64,000 nt of DNA from a virus (IMGVR_UViG_3300028888_000053:148278-212277); one strand, 5' to 3'; positions 39,810-50,910 are shown, counted from the first letter of the stretch. The notes: a model not told the origin generated them from the sequence alone. Program-made: numbers and translations.

Positions 39810-40523
39810 ATGCTTGATTTTCAAATTAGTAATGACGTTCAGCTCACAAACACTAGTAAAAGAAGACTTACACCTTGGGAAATTCACAAAGTAAAACTCA
39901 CAAATGTTGAAAATGTAGAAATTCAAGGAAAGGCTGATCCTAGTAAGACCTATAAACTTATTAAAGTTAGGTTTGAGAATGATGAAGGTTATTACGAGGA
40001 ATCAATATTCTATCCAACCGAAACAGATTCTGAAAGAAAGAAATTTCAGAGAGCAGATGGAACTGAATTTGAAAGACCATCTAATTGGGAACGTACTAAA
40101 ATGTTTCTTTATGTAAGCTTGAATGCTCTTAATCCAGAAGGATTGAAGAAATTCCAGGCCGCTAGTGCTAAGTTTAAGAATTTTGATATGATGGCCAAGG
40201 CTTATGTAACTGTACTTAAAGATGCTATTGGTAAGGAATGTGAGATTAAACTTGCTGGTAGAAATCTCCAAGACGGTACAGTATCCGCAGTATTCCCATC
40301 ATTTATTAATCTTGGACATAACGGAGAAGTGTATGTTTCCACGAATATTATTGGAGAGAATTTGTATTTTACACCATATGAAGAAAGGCAGCGTACTGCA
40401 TTTAAAGGTGCAAAGCCGACAAGCATGCCTGATCTAACAATGGATATGCCGACAACGGATTCTGAGAAGGATAATTCCATGAAGGTAGATGATATTGCAG
40501 ATCTTTTGGCGGATCTAGAATAA
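39810..40523 (+). CDS. Putative single-stranded DNA-binding protein
   Basis: Beta-rich N-terminus, acidic C-terminal tail, position between ATPase and primase. Confidence 0.5.
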   Translation: MLDFQISNDVQLTNTSKRRLTPWEIHKVKLTNVENVEIQGKADPSKTYKLIKVRFENDEGYYEESIFYPTETDSERKKFQRADGTEFERPSNWERTKMFLYVSLNALNPEGLKKFQAASAKFKNFDMMAKAYVTVLKDAIGKECEIKLAGRNLQDGTVSAVFPSFINLGHNGEVYVSTNIIGENLYFTPYEERQRTAFKGAKPTSMPDLTMDMPTTDSEKDNSMKVDDIADLLADLE

Positions 40524-40537
40524 TTTAGTATTTAAAA

Positions 40538-40571
40538 TTTGATTTCTATAGATTATATCATTACAATTGCA
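40538..40571 (+). promoter_or_regulatory. Bacteroidota-type promoter upstream of primase
   Basis: TTTG, 20 nt, TACAATTGCA. Confidence 0.6.
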
Positions 40572-40590
40572 TAAATTTTTGTAATGTAAA

Positions 40591-41598
40591 ATGACTATGG
40601 ATTTAGATTTTAGTATTAAATTGCCTGTAACTAAAGAAGATATCCTCAGACATGTTTCGGAAGAGGATATCTTCTGTCATTATATAGGATTACCAAACAT
40701 TCCTCGGTCTCTAATATGTTCTGTATTAAGAGAAGATAAGCATCCTACTTGTGGGTTCTTTAGAGGAAAGTCTGGTATCCTATATATGAAAGATTTTGCA
40801 ACGAATGATTGCTTAAATTGTTTTGCTTTAGTGTCTAGAATGTTTAATTGTAATTATTATGATGCATTAAATATTATTGCATCTGACTTAGGCATTCAAG
40901 GAAGTTTAAAAGCAGAACGAAGTATTAATTTTAACAAAACATCTAGGTTTAAAACAAAACCACCTACAGAAATTCAAATTGAAGTACAAGAATTTACAGA
41001 AGCAGATAAAAAGTATTGGTCTCAATATAATATTACTCCGAAGTTGCTTGAGAAATATAATGTCTACTCTTGTAAATATGTATTTTTAAATGATTCTGTC
41101 TTTGCTAAGAGTAGTGATAAATGTCCTATGTATGGATATTATTTTGGAAAGAAAGACAATAAAGAATTATGGCGTATATATATGCCTACAAGAACTGCTT
41201 ATCGTTTTCTTTCCAATACAACTTCAAATATTATTCAAGGCATGAGACAACTACCTCATCGTGGAAGGGTTTTGGTGATTACCAAATCTATGAAAGATGT
41301 TATATGTTTCCGGTCATTTGGTATACCTGCTATTGCACCAAATTCTGAACATCTATTTGTTAGTGATGAACAATTAGAAAGGTTAAAAACTAGATTTGAT
41401 AAGATAGTAGTACTATATGATAATGATAGAACTGGTAAACTAAACATGGCAAAGATAAGAAGGGAACATCCAGAACTTTGCTATGTGTTAATACCGCCTG
41501 TTACTAAATGCAAAGACTTTAGTGATTATGTAAAAGCAAAAGGTGTTGCAAAAGCACAAAACCTAATAGATGAATATATGAATTGGTTAAATAAATAA
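40591..41598 (+). CDS. DNA primase (zinc-finger-like N-terminus plus Toprim)
   Basis: SVLREDKHPTCGF, ITKSMKDV, YDNDRTG, KDFSD. Confidence 0.85.
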   Translation: MTMDLDFSIKLPVTKEDILRHVSEEDIFCHYIGLPNIPRSLICSVLREDKHPTCGFFRGKSGILYMKDFATNDCLNCFALVSRMFNCNYYDALNIIASDLGIQGSLKAERSINFNKTSRFKTKPPTEIQIEVQEFTEADKKYWSQYNITPKLLEKYNVYSCKYVFLNDSVFAKSSDKCPMYGYYFGKKDNKELWRIYMPTRTAYRFLSNTTSNIIQGMRQLPHRGRVLVITKSMKDVICFRSFGIPAIAPNSEHLFVSDEQLERLKTRFDKIVVLYDNDRTGKLNMAKIRREHPELCYVLIPPVTKCKDFSDYVKAKGVAKAQNLIDEYMNWLNK

Positions 41599-41600
41599 TA

Positions 41601-42164
41601 ATGAAGAAGTAGAGTAAATTAAATACGTCGTGCATTGCTATCTTTACGGATGGAAATACAAGGACTTTTACATCAATAGAAAAGGCTAGTGAGTCAACTG
41701 GTTTATCTGTCTCTGCTATTAAGATTCGTTGTAATAAATCTGGTAGCAAAGGTAAAGATGGTATACAATTTAAATGGTTAGATGAACATACTAGGCGTCA
41801 TTTTCAAGCTAAGAAAAGTAGACGCAAAGGAAATTCCTATGAATTACAAATTATTAATGAATTGTCTGATATTGGATTTACAGGATTAAAAAGTAGTCGT
41901 AGTGAATCTAAAAATATGGATAATAATAAAGTTGATATTTGTGATTCTAATAACGAATTATCTTGTTATATACAATGTAAGAATACACAATCTTCACCTA
42001 ATATAGAAAAGATAAGTAAAGAATGTCCTTTGAAGGATAAGCCACTAATTATCTGTTGGAAGAAATCTTCTTCATGTACTAAAGAACACGAGTATGTTCT
42101 AATGCCTAAAAAGTATTTTTATCATTTATTAGAAAGTGAACGTCAAATGATTAAACGTAAATAA
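41601..42164 (+). CDS. NUMOD1-like domain plus Holliday-junction resolvase, 187 aa, TAG at codon 4
   Basis: ATG AAG AAG TAG then open frame: FTSIEKASESTGLS..., SRRKGNSYELQIINEL...SRSES...VDI...IQCK (PD-(D/E)XK resolvase); ORF track sees only the 41862 fragment. Confidence 0.8.
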
Positions 42165-42398
42165 GAATGAGTTTCGTTGTTGCTTACGCCGATACGATTG
42201 ACAATGTAGTTTCAATCAAAAGATTCGAAGCTCGTTCGATTAAAGAATGTCAGGATAAAGTTATGCAATATATCATTGATCAATATGATTGGGATGATAA
42301 TATTGACTTTCCTGATGAATATAATGAATTCGTAGAATTTATGAAAGACTATAATATCCTACTTAGTAGTGTTACGGATATTGAATTAATTTAAGATT

Positions 42399-42905
42399 AT
42401 GACTAAAAGATTAAGAATTGGCTTAGATTGTGATGAGGTTATCTCTAAATTTATGGAGCCATATATAAATAAATTTGGACCGCCAAAAAATGATGAGGCT
42501 ATTACTTATGACTGTTTTCATAAGTTGAGATTTGATAAAGCTTTTTGGATGAATGTGCCATTGTTGAATGTACCCGATTTTAAACCAGCATTATTTTGTT
42601 CTAAAAGAGTACATAATAAACGCTGGAGTAAAAAGTATATTGCATTACATTTAGGTTTTACAGATGTACCATTTTATCAATTATATTATCAGCATGCTAG
42701 TAAAGCACGTATGATTAAAGGTAGAGTTGATGTATTTGTAGACGATTCCCCATCTAATGTAATGGATTTGAATAAGAGAGGAATTCCATGTTTGCTTATG
42801 GATTCTCCGTATAATAGACACTTTATGACTCCATTAAGAATTTATTCATTGCGTTATAGCGAGATTGAATATACTTATACACAAATCTTTGGACCATGTG
42901 TTTAG
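42399..42905 (+). CDS. HAD-family 5'-nucleotidase-like protein
   Basis: LDCDEV, FVDDSPSN, PYNRH. Confidence 0.7.
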   Translation: MTKRLRIGLDCDEVISKFMEPYINKFGPPKNDEAITYDCFHKLRFDKAFWMNVPLLNVPDFKPALFCSKRVHNKRWSKKYIALHLGFTDVPFYQLYYQHASKARMIKGRVDVFVDDSPSNVMDLNKRGIPCLLMDSPYNRHFMTPLRIYSLRYSEIEYTYTQIFGPCV

Positions 42906-43918
42906 ATAATATTGTAATAAAACCTATTATCGATAGTTTACAATTATTAAAAATCTCTGACGAAGTTTATTTTAGTGAAGAATATAGTGATTATGTAAGT
43001 AATAGTAGACTTGGATTAATTAATCCAGACCAGGATGGTAGTCCAGAGAAGTTCTTTGCAGGATTTGCTGGTAATAAAACCTATTCTGATAGCTTTATCT
43101 TTGGTAGTGCAGTTCATGAAAAACTATTGCAACCAGAGTATTTCACTATGTGTGACACTGTAAATAGACCTAGTGCTAAAGTTGGATTTATCAGTGATAT
43201 GTTGTATAACAAAGAACATCGATATCCGACTGATGAAGAGCTTGTAAATGCTGCGATTGAAGTTGATTATTATCATGGTATTCTGAGTGAATCAATTTTT
43301 AGTAAGCTTAAACATGAGATATATACTTATTTAGATGCCAGATGGGAATATGAAACGCATAAAGAAGATGACAAAGATGTAGTTTATCTTGATCAAAAGA
43401 GTAGAGATAAATTCTATGAGTGCATGAATAATCTTGAGAATAATGCACATATTCAAAGTCTTTTGCATCCAGTTTCTATTTATGAACCTGTGCAATCCTT
43501 AAATGAGAATGCAATTATACTTCATGTAGAAGCAACTGTCGATGGAGGTCAACCATTCATTATTAAGTTAAAATCTAAACTTGATAATTTTACAATTGAT
43601 CGAGAATGTAATCTTATTACTGTAAATGATTTGAAAACACATGGAAGAGCTATTGATGTTTTTCCAGATGCCATTCTTAACTTTCATTATTATAGAGAGA
43701 TTGCTATGTATGCTACCTTGTTAAATATGGTTTGTCAGAAAGAATATAATATGGAGAATCCAGATATTAAAGGTAATTTTCTTGTAGTATCTACAATTCC
43801 ACCATATGATACACAAGTATTCAGAATGACAAAAGATTTATTTAAGAAAGGCATAGAGGAATTTCATAGATTGTTAAAAATGGTTTGTTATTATACTTAT
43901 TATGGATTACAAAACTAA
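42896..43918 (+). CDS. PD-(D/E)XK exonuclease (RecE/ExoVIII-like)
   Basis: SNSRL, FGSAVHE, KSKLD, NDLKT, YYREIAMY. Confidence 0.78.
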   Translation: MCLDNIVIKPIIDSLQLLKISDEVYFSEEYSDYVSNSRLGLINPDQDGSPEKFFAGFAGNKTYSDSFIFGSAVHEKLLQPEYFTMCDTVNRPSAKVGFISDMLYNKEHRYPTDEELVNAAIEVDYYHGILSESIFSKLKHEIYTYLDARWEYETHKEDDKDVVYLDQKSRDKFYECMNNLENNAHIQSLLHPVSIYEPVQSLNENAIILHVEATVDGGQPFIIKLKSKLDNFTIDRECNLITVNDLKTHGRAIDVFPDAILNFHYYREIAMYATLLNMVCQKEYNMENPDIKGNFLVVSTIPPYDTQVFRMTKDLFKKGIEEFHRLLKMVCYYTYYGLQN

Positions 43919-44245
43919 GAAAGCATTATACGTACAGAATTTTTCAATTGGTTATGCTGGAAAAGATATGATGAATAAGCTCAAAGTTATTGGGCTTATT
44001 TGTTATCTTCATCAGAAACTAAATGAGAAAAGACCTATTACGTATTATGAATTAATACAAACTATTAATAAACCTGAAATAATCACAGATGACATGGTGC
44101 AAGCATTTTCAATCATATGCGAAGATTGGAGTTATGGATGCACCTCATTTCCTGACTTTGGTTTAAAGGTCAGTGAGATGGTTCCTACAATAAAAGAGTT
44201 ATTAAAGGACTTTTTGCCATTTTAACAATTTTTATTATTAATTTA

Positions 44246-44279
44246 TTTGAAAAGTGCAAATTTATATATTATAATTGCA
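44246..44279 (+). promoter_or_regulatory. Bacteroidota-type promoter
   Basis: TTTG, 20 nt, TATAATTGCA; upstream TTAACAATTTTTA also precedes the 5694 promoter. Confidence 0.65.
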
Positions 44280-44331
44280 TTGCAATTTCGGATTCAGATA
44301 AGTTAATATGTTAATGTTTAAATGATGAATA

Positions 44332-44877
44332 ATGCCTTTAATTTTAAATTTCAGAAAGATAGAGGTTAGTGGGATTGATAAGGATAAAGCTTTCTCTACA
44401 CTTCCATTTTTAGTTCAAGGCGATGCAACTGTTGCATATAAAAAATGGAAAGAAAAGCAAATTAGAAATATCAATGAAAATATGATGAAGGAGTTTATGT
44501 TAAACTTCTTGGCGACAAAATCAAGAAATACTCCTGGCGTTGGTTATTATATTACTGTAGAACCTGCTTCGCCGTGTACAAAACAAAGACCTTATATTGT
44601 ACATAATCATAGAAATCCTTCTGGCCCTAGAAAGATGAAAAAAACTTATGTATTAATTGGTGAGGAAGGACAAATTCTTGGACGTGCTTTTGTTAATAAA
44701 ACAAATGCTATTAATATGGCAAAGGAAATCATGCAAGAAGGATATACTGGTCATATTGATATTGAATTAATGAAAACCGTTCCTGAAGGAGAGCCTAGAG
44801 TAGCAAGCCTTGATTACTCACCATCAAAAGGTACACATGTAGGAACTTGGATCTGTTTTGGTATAGAACAGGTTTAA
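44332..44877 (+). CDS. Hypothetical protein, apparently monocistronic
   Basis: Flanked by a promoter and a terminator. Confidence 0.6.
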   Translation: MPLILNFRKIEVSGIDKDKAFSTLPFLVQGDATVAYKKWKEKQIRNINENMMKEFMLNFLATKSRNTPGVGYYITVEPASPCTKQRPYIVHNHRNPSGPRKMKKTYVLIGEEGQILGRAFVNKTNAINMAKEIMQEGYTGHIDIELMKTVPEGEPRVASLDYSPSKGTHVGTWICFGIEQV

Positions 44878-44897
44878 ATACAACAATCATTACTTAT

Positions 44898-44929
44898 AAG
44901 GATGGAGTTGAAAGACTTCATCCTTTTTT
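44898..44929 (+). terminator. Intrinsic terminator
   Basis: AAGGATGGAGT-TGAAAG-ACTTCATCCTT + TTTT. Confidence 0.75.
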
Positions 44930-45013
44930 ACGCTTAATAGATTAATAACTTAAAATATTAGATGATATGAAGTTGATTAAAACTCTATAAAAGAGTATAC
45001 AAATTAAAACTAC

Positions 45014-45598
45014 ATGAACGATTTTAGAAGTGTTAAAGGACAATATTTCTTAGAACAAATTAATTATGCTTCGGATAGATGCCCACATGAATCAGTTATT
45101 GAATCTGTATTTAATAATTGTTTTATGATGTGTACTAATTGTTTAATGACTACTATAAAAGAACCAACTAATAATGGTATAACTGACGGTGTTATTACTT
45201 TTAAAATGCCTGATGGCCAATTTTTAGGGAACGGTTTAATGGAAGTCAAACGAAACATATCCTTTGGTGGAGAAGCTTATAGAAGTCAATTAAAACAAGT
45301 GCTTGCATATTATTATTCAAGTATTATAGATAAGAGATATAAAGTTCTTTTACTTACTTCTGCTAGATATTTTAGTTATATCTGGATCCCTGAAAATATG
45401 GAAGCTGTAACAGAGCTTGCAGGAATGGTATCCCGTGCAAGACGATTACATCCAAATGTGTCTGCGAGTGAATTACCAAGATTTGTTAGTGATGATTGGT
45501 CTTTAGACTTACTAACTATTCATTCTTGGGATATAACACCAGACTTCGATTTTCTGGATCCAATTACTGAAATCTATAGTTTGTTGAATGAAGCGTGA
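45014..45598 (+). CDS. Putative PD-(D/E)XK nuclease-fold protein
   Basis: TDGVI...LMEVK...QVLAYY. Confidence 0.5.
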   Translation: MNDFRSVKGQYFLEQINYASDRCPHESVIESVFNNCFMMCTNCLMTTIKEPTNNGITDGVITFKMPDGQFLGNGLMEVKRNISFGGEAYRSQLKQVLAYYYSSIIDKRYKVLLLTSARYFSYIWIPENMEAVTELAGMVSRARRLHPNVSASELPRFVSDDWSLDLLTIHSWDITPDFDFLDPITEIYSLLNEA

Positions 45599-45967
45599 CG
45601 ATTTACATTATGTAAATATTGTTATAGAAGAGAGTGGCATTGAAGGAGATTTGGAGTACAAGCCTGTGCTTGCCACTCTCTCTGACATGAAAGCCAAGCT
45701 AAAAGCAAGGGAATTGTATAGAGCTAAAACTTATGACAAGTTGTCAAGACCTAGATGGGAACAATTAAAAAGTAAACTTGATGAATACCTTGCTAATGTA
45801 GATGAAAAAGAGTGGGATGATAATGATATGTATCAAAGCGATGCAGAATTAATATTTAATTTTGTCGACTCTAATATACCTTTAGATGTTTTATCTAAAG
45901 CAGAAGATGTATATGAAAATCAAGATCCATACTATGAGGTTAAAATATTTAAAATGAAATTAGAGTA

Positions 45968-46729
45968 ATGACTGTAAGTATTGATGAGTTATTGAAGGGG
46001 CAACCTACTATTATTAAGAATAAAGAGTTTTTCGCAACCGAAAGATATATAACTCCTTTTCTTGAACGTTTTAGGGATATTGCCGATGATTTTGAATGTA
46101 AAGCAGTGCAACCTTCGCAAATGTCTATTGAACGTAATGGCGAAGTAAATGCTGTCTATAATAAGGTGCTTATTGAAGCATCACTCCCACTTGAAAATGA
46201 TTATGCTGAAGTTGTTGGTATGTCCTATGCCATCGACACAAGAAAACCAATATGTAAATTCTTTAGAGGCATTAAAGAAAATCTTGATTCTGGACATTTA
46301 TATATTGATACAGATCAAAATATAGTATGTCAAGAACTAGAACCAGAAACTAACATTAATTTTTCTGTATTAGATAATCTAATGAATAGAGAATTCAATA
46401 CCAATACTTGGAGAGAATCTCTCAAAACAATGGATTTCGATGCATCTAATGATAATGTTAACTTTAAATTAGGACAATGGATTCGTTTTGCGATTAATTT
46501 TAATATCACTAATGACTTTGGGTCTATTAAAATAGCTTCACAAGATATTGTGGCAGGCTATAAGGAATTGTTCGAAGAGTCGTCTTCTAACTTTTTCTGT
46601 GGACTTGGAGGTCATACTGACTATAATAAAATTTATAGCGCATTCAGTAACATAATCCATAATGGTAAAGATATTGTAAATGTAGCAGATAAAACTTATT
46701 TACTTAAATTAATTTTATCAATTGTATGA
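45968..46729 (+). CDS. Conserved phage protein (DUF932-like)
   Basis: SIDELLKG..TIIKNKEFF.TE.YITPF N-terminus recalled from crAss-like genomes. Confidence 0.45.
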   Translation: MTVSIDELLKGQPTIIKNKEFFATERYITPFLERFRDIADDFECKAVQPSQMSIERNGEVNAVYNKVLIEASLPLENDYAEVVGMSYAIDTRKPICKFFRGIKENLDSGHLYIDTDQNIVCQELEPETNINFSVLDNLMNREFNTNTWRESLKTMDFDASNDNVNFKLGQWIRFAINFNITNDFGSIKIASQDIVAGYKELFEESSSNFFCGLGGHTDYNKIYSAFSNIIHNGKDIVNVADKTYLLKLILSIV

Positions 46730-47177
46730 TTAGACTTATTACTGGTGGTTTGAGAAGTGAACTTGATGAAAATGATGTATTGTTTGTAGAAGGTACGAAT
46801 AATAAATTACTGATTTGTAATGGTGATTTATTTTGCAATCGTTCTTCTAATAGTGATATCTATACCTTGGTGAATTTGAATCATAACAAGAATTCAATTT
46901 CCTCTTACTATAGAGTGGGTATAGATGGTCATGTATTTACAATAAGAAGAAAAGCTGTTGTTGATCTTTGGGCTGAATTCTGTAACAATAAAGCTAATGA
47001 TATTACCATTGTAGTTAATGGAGCTCAAGTAGGTAGTATATCTTCTCAACGAATTGCTGAAAGCCTTGGTGTTTCTAGAGAAGAAGCACTTAATATTATT
47101 AGAGAACAGTATAGTGATACTCTAGTAACTAACTAAAAAAATAAGATGATATGAATAATACATTTGATAAATAGTGC

Positions 47178-49409
47178 ATGATAAAAGTAATAAAGCGCAA
47201 CGGTAAGACAGAATTATTTGATCCGCAAAAAATTGAAAATGCTATCTTTAAAGCATTTGACGCTAATCATTATACTCTTTCTCAAGAAGAGAAAGATTGT
47301 ATTTTCAATTTTGCTCATAGTATACTTGAAGACGATAATACAATCTCGGTAGAAAGCATCCAAGACTTAGTAGAGAAATTCTTATTTGATAAGAAAGAAT
47401 GGTTTGATGTTGGTAAGGCTTATATGTTATATCGAGAACAGCATAAAATGGAGAGATTTATTGAGGAGAGGCTTGACTACATGGATGAGTACAGTAAGAC
47501 TGCTGATAATGCTGCCACTGCTTCAGAGACTGACCCTAATAGTAATGTATCTCAGAAGAATGTAGCTACTCTTGACCCTGAAGTCTATAAGACTACTAAT
47601 AGGAATGTACAGAGACGCAGAATGAAGAGACAACTCAAGAAAGACTTTCCTAATGAAGATATATATGAAAGATATATAGACCTACTTGAACATCACTATA
47701 TTTATATTGGTGACGAAGCTAGTACTCCTACTATCAAGTTTTACTGTCAGGCTGACGACTTATATCCTTTGATGACTGATGGTATTGGTTCTTTAGATGG
47801 AGGTAAGACAGAGGGTGCACCTACTAACATATCTTCTTTCTCAGGACAGTTAGTAAACTTTATTCATGCTGCCTCTGGTCAGTGTAAAGGTGCTGTTGCT
47901 GTACCTTCTTACTTGATTACTCTTAACTACTACATAGTAAAAGAGTTTGGACCAAAGTGGTATGAAAAGCTTAACGTGATTATTACCAATGAACATTGTC
48001 TTAAGCAGCAGACTATCTGGGATAAAATCAGAGGTGCATTCAAGACCTTTGTATATGGCGTGAATCAAATGGCAGGAAATAGAGGTGGACAAAGTCCTTT
48101 TACCAACATTTCTTACTTTGACCATACTTACTTTAATGGTATGTTTGAGAGTTTTTGTTATCCTGATGGTTCCAAACCTGAGTGGGAAGCCGTAGATAAA
48201 CTTCAACGCCTTTTTATGAATTGGTTTAATGAGAGAAGACTTAAATCTGTACTTACTTTCCCTGTAGAAACTTTCTGTATGGTCTATGATGACAAGGACT
48301 TCATAGATAAGGAATACAAAGAACTCTGTGCAGAGATGTATGCTAAAGGACACAGTTTCTTCACTTATATTAGTGACAGTGTGGATAGCCTGTCTTCATG
48401 CTGCCGTCTTAGAAATAAACTCCAAAAGAATACATTTAGTCCCACTTCAGGTATGACAGGTTTGAAGACTGGTTCTTGTAATGTCATTACTCTTAATCTT
48501 AATAGGATAGTACAATCTTGGGCAAGACAGACAGGAAAAATTAAAGAAGACAATGGTGGTATTATAGACAAAACGGTTAATATGTCTGATTTGAATGGTC
48601 TGAAAGAATATCTCATTGATATTCTTGAAGTAGTTTACAAGGCTCATATCTCTTTCAAACATCTGTTGTATAGAGAGGAAGATATGGGTATGTATTCAGT
48701 TTGCAATGGTGGTTATATTCATATGAAGGACTTGTATTCTACTATAGGTATCAATGGCCATAATGAGGCAGCAAGATTTCTTGGACTTGAAGTCAGTTGG
48801 AATAAACCTTATGTAGAATTCCTTCAGTTTATCCTTTCTACCATTAAGGAGCAGAATGAACTTCACTCTATCGAAGATAAGAAGTATCCTATCAGATTCA
48901 ATTCTGAGATAATCCCAGCTGAATCTGTAGGCGGTAAGAACTATAGGTGGGATAAAGCCGACGGACTATGGGTACCCGAGGATGAAAATTTATATAATAG
49001 TTATTTCTATAATGCCCATGATAATACATCAATTCTTGATAAGTTTCGTCTTCATGGTAATGCTACATATCAGTTTACTGATGGAGGTTCCGCACTTCAC
49101 TGTAATCTTGAAGACCATTTGTCCAAAGAACAATATCTGAAACTTCTTGACTTTGCAAGAGAGAATGGTACTCAGTATTTCACTTTTAACATTCCAAATA
49201 GTGAGTGTGATGATTGTCACTTTATTACCAAGCACCCTATTACTAAATGTCCTAAGTGTGGTTCTGAACATATTACTCAGTATAGTCGTGTCATCGGATA
49301 TTTAGTGGCTACTAAATCTTGGGGAGCTGATAGACAAATAGAAGGAGCTAGAAGAACTTATTCTGATGGAAGAGCTGAGCTTAAAGATTGGGATAATGAA
49401 AAAAGTTGA
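47178..49409 (+). CDS. nrdD: Anaerobic (class III) ribonucleoside-triphosphate reductase
   Basis: ATP cone VIKRNG, SSCCRL, GSCNVITLN, PAES, CDDC...CPKC, RVIGY glycyl-radical motif. Confidence 0.95.
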   Translation: MIKVIKRNGKTELFDPQKIENAIFKAFDANHYTLSQEEKDCIFNFAHSILEDDNTISVESIQDLVEKFLFDKKEWFDVGKAYMLYREQHKMERFIEERLDYMDEYSKTADNAATASETDPNSNVSQKNVATLDPEVYKTTNRNVQRRRMKRQLKKDFPNEDIYERYIDLLEHHYIYIGDEASTPTIKFYCQADDLYPLMTDGIGSLDGGKTEGAPTNISSFSGQLVNFIHAASGQCKGAVAVPSYLITLNYYIVKEFGPKWYEKLNVIITNEHCLKQQTIWDKIRGAFKTFVYGVNQMAGNRGGQSPFTNISYFDHTYFNGMFESFCYPDGSKPEWEAVDKLQRLFMNWFNERRLKSVLTFPVETFCMVYDDKDFIDKEYKELCAEMYAKGHSFFTYISDSVDSLSSCCRLRNKLQKNTFSPTSGMTGLKTGSCNVITLNLNRIVQSWARQTGKIKEDNGGIIDKTVNMSDLNGLKEYLIDILEVVYKAHISFKHLLYREEDMGMYSVCNGGYIHMKDLYSTIGINGHNEAARFLGLEVSWNKPYVEFLQFILSTIKEQNELHSIEDKKYPIRFNSEIIPAESVGGKNYRWDKADGLWVPEDENLYNSYFYNAHDNTSILDKFRLHGNATYQFTDGGSALHCNLEDHLSKEQYLKLLDFARENGTQYFTFNIPNSECDDCHFITKHPITKCPKCGSEHITQYSRVIGYLVATKSWGADRQIEGARRTYSDGRAELKDWDNEKS

Positions 49410-50160
49410 GAATAGAGTATGCTGTGTCTGTGGTAAAATCTGTGGACCCAAACACCATGAATTTAGAAATGGTATGTGTCCTAAGCACTACGAACAGACA
49501 AGAAGATTTGGCCGAACTTTAGACACTAATCCAAGGAGTGTCTATGATGATAATGAAATCAGGATTCTTGATGGTTATGCGGAAATAGATACTTATAATG
49601 GAAAAGGTGAGGTATTAGAGACCTTTAAGTTAGATATTGAAGATGTACCTTTGCTTAAAGGTCATAAATGGAGAACTGTCTACAAAGGAAAACATAAGTC
49701 TCCATACCTTCTTACAGGACATGGCGGAACTCAAGGAAGTGGACAGATTTATTTCCATAGACTTGTCATGGGGATGCCTGATTGTGAGATTGATCATATA
49801 AACATTAACTCTAGAGATAACAGGAAAGAGAATCTTAGAATGTCATACAGAACCCAACAAGCAGCAAATACAAGACTAAGAGTTGACAACACTCAGGGTA
49901 TTAAAGGAGTATACTTCATTCAAAGAGACAATGGTTATAGGGCCGAAATACAATGTGGTAAAACTCATGTATATAGTCCAAAGTATCACACTAAAGCAGA
50001 AGCTGCTTATATGAGACTTCTTCTGGAACAATTCTTCTATAAGGATATAGGAATCAATAACAGCTCTGAACTAAGAGAACTTGCTGAAACTATTACTCCT
50101 GAGCAGAAGATGAAGATCGATACATATTTTATGATAAAATCTAGAAATTGGATATGCTAA
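49396..50160 (+). CDS. Free-standing HNH (AP2-like C-terminus) homing endonuclease between nrdD and nrdG
   Basis: FHRLVM...IDHININSRDNRKENLR; GIKGV...YRAEI...AEAA. Confidence 0.85.
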   Translation: MKKVENRVCCVCGKICGPKHHEFRNGMCPKHYEQTRRFGRTLDTNPRSVYDDNEIRILDGYAEIDTYNGKGEVLETFKLDIEDVPLLKGHKWRTVYKGKHKSPYLLTGHGGTQGSGQIYFHRLVMGMPDCEIDHININSRDNRKENLRMSYRTQQAANTRLRVDNTQGIKGVYFIQRDNGYRAEIQCGKTHVYSPKYHTKAEAAYMRLLLEQFFYKDIGINNSSELRELAETITPEQKMKIDTYFMIKSRNWIC

Positions 50161-50636
50161 AATATTTATACTACAAAGAAATATTTCAGGAAGTTCCTGA
50201 TGAAATTACATTGGGTATTTCAATTTCTGGATGTACAATACATTGTAAGAATTGTCATTCACAAGAATTATGGAATGATGTTGGAACGGATTTAACACTT
50301 GAAGAATTGCACAGATTGATTACACAACATAATGGTATAACCTGTGTTTGTTTTATGGGTGGTGAACACGATATTGCATATTTAATTGAATTATGTAAAT
50401 CAATACATGATGATATTAAAGTTGCTTGGTATTGTGGTCTTGCTAAAGTTCCAGAAAAATACAATGATATTTTTAACTACTTAGATTTTGTTAAGATTGG
50501 TCCATATATAGAAGAATTGGGTGGTTTAGCATCGCCAAAAACTAATCAAAGATTCTATAAGATCAAGCATAGAGATGGTGTAAACGAATTTATTGATCTT
50601 ACTAATATATTTTATCAAGTATATGGAAATACTTAA
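50148..50636 (+). CDS. nrdG: Anaerobic RNR activating enzyme (radical SAM)
   Basis: EVPDE, CTIHCKNC, GGE, KIGPY...TNQR. Confidence 0.92.
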   Translation: MDMLKYLYYKEIFQEVPDEITLGISISGCTIHCKNCHSQELWNDVGTDLTLEELHRLITQHNGITCVCFMGGEHDIAYLIELCKSIHDDIKVAWYCGLAKVPEKYNDIFNYLDFVKIGPYIEELGGLASPKTNQRFYKIKHRDGVNEFIDLTNIFYQVYGNT

Positions 50637-50865
50637 ATTTTATGCGGATTGGTGTGGACCATGTAAAGTTCAATCCAATATTCTAAAAGATATTAATGTT
50701 CCCGTTAGAGAAATTAATATTGAAGATGAAGCCAATGAGGAACTAATTACTAAGTATAAAATTCGAAACATTCCTGTTGTAATTTTACTTGATGATGATG
50801 GCAACGAAGTAAAGAAATTTACTGGTCTAACACAAAAGAAAGATATTGAAGTTTATTTAAATTGA
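50623..50865 (+). CDS. Thioredoxin
   Basis: WCGPC; ATG at 50623. Confidence 0.9.
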   Translation: MEILKFYADWCGPCKVQSNILKDINVPVREINIEDEANEELITKYKIRNIPVVILLDDDGNEVKKFTGLTQKKDIEVYLN

Positions 50866-50876
50866 TAAACAAAGAT

Positions 50877-50910
50877 AAGGCTTTGGTAATTTATTACTGA
50901 AGCCTTTTTT
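50877..50910 (+). terminator. Intrinsic terminator
   Basis: AAGGCTTTGGTAAT/ATTACTGAAGCCTT + TTTT. Confidence 0.75.

Noticed and set aside
49366-50160. Group I intron interrupting nrdD
   Set aside because: nrdD is complete through the RVIGY motif and no P7 elements are seen, so the HNH is free-standing
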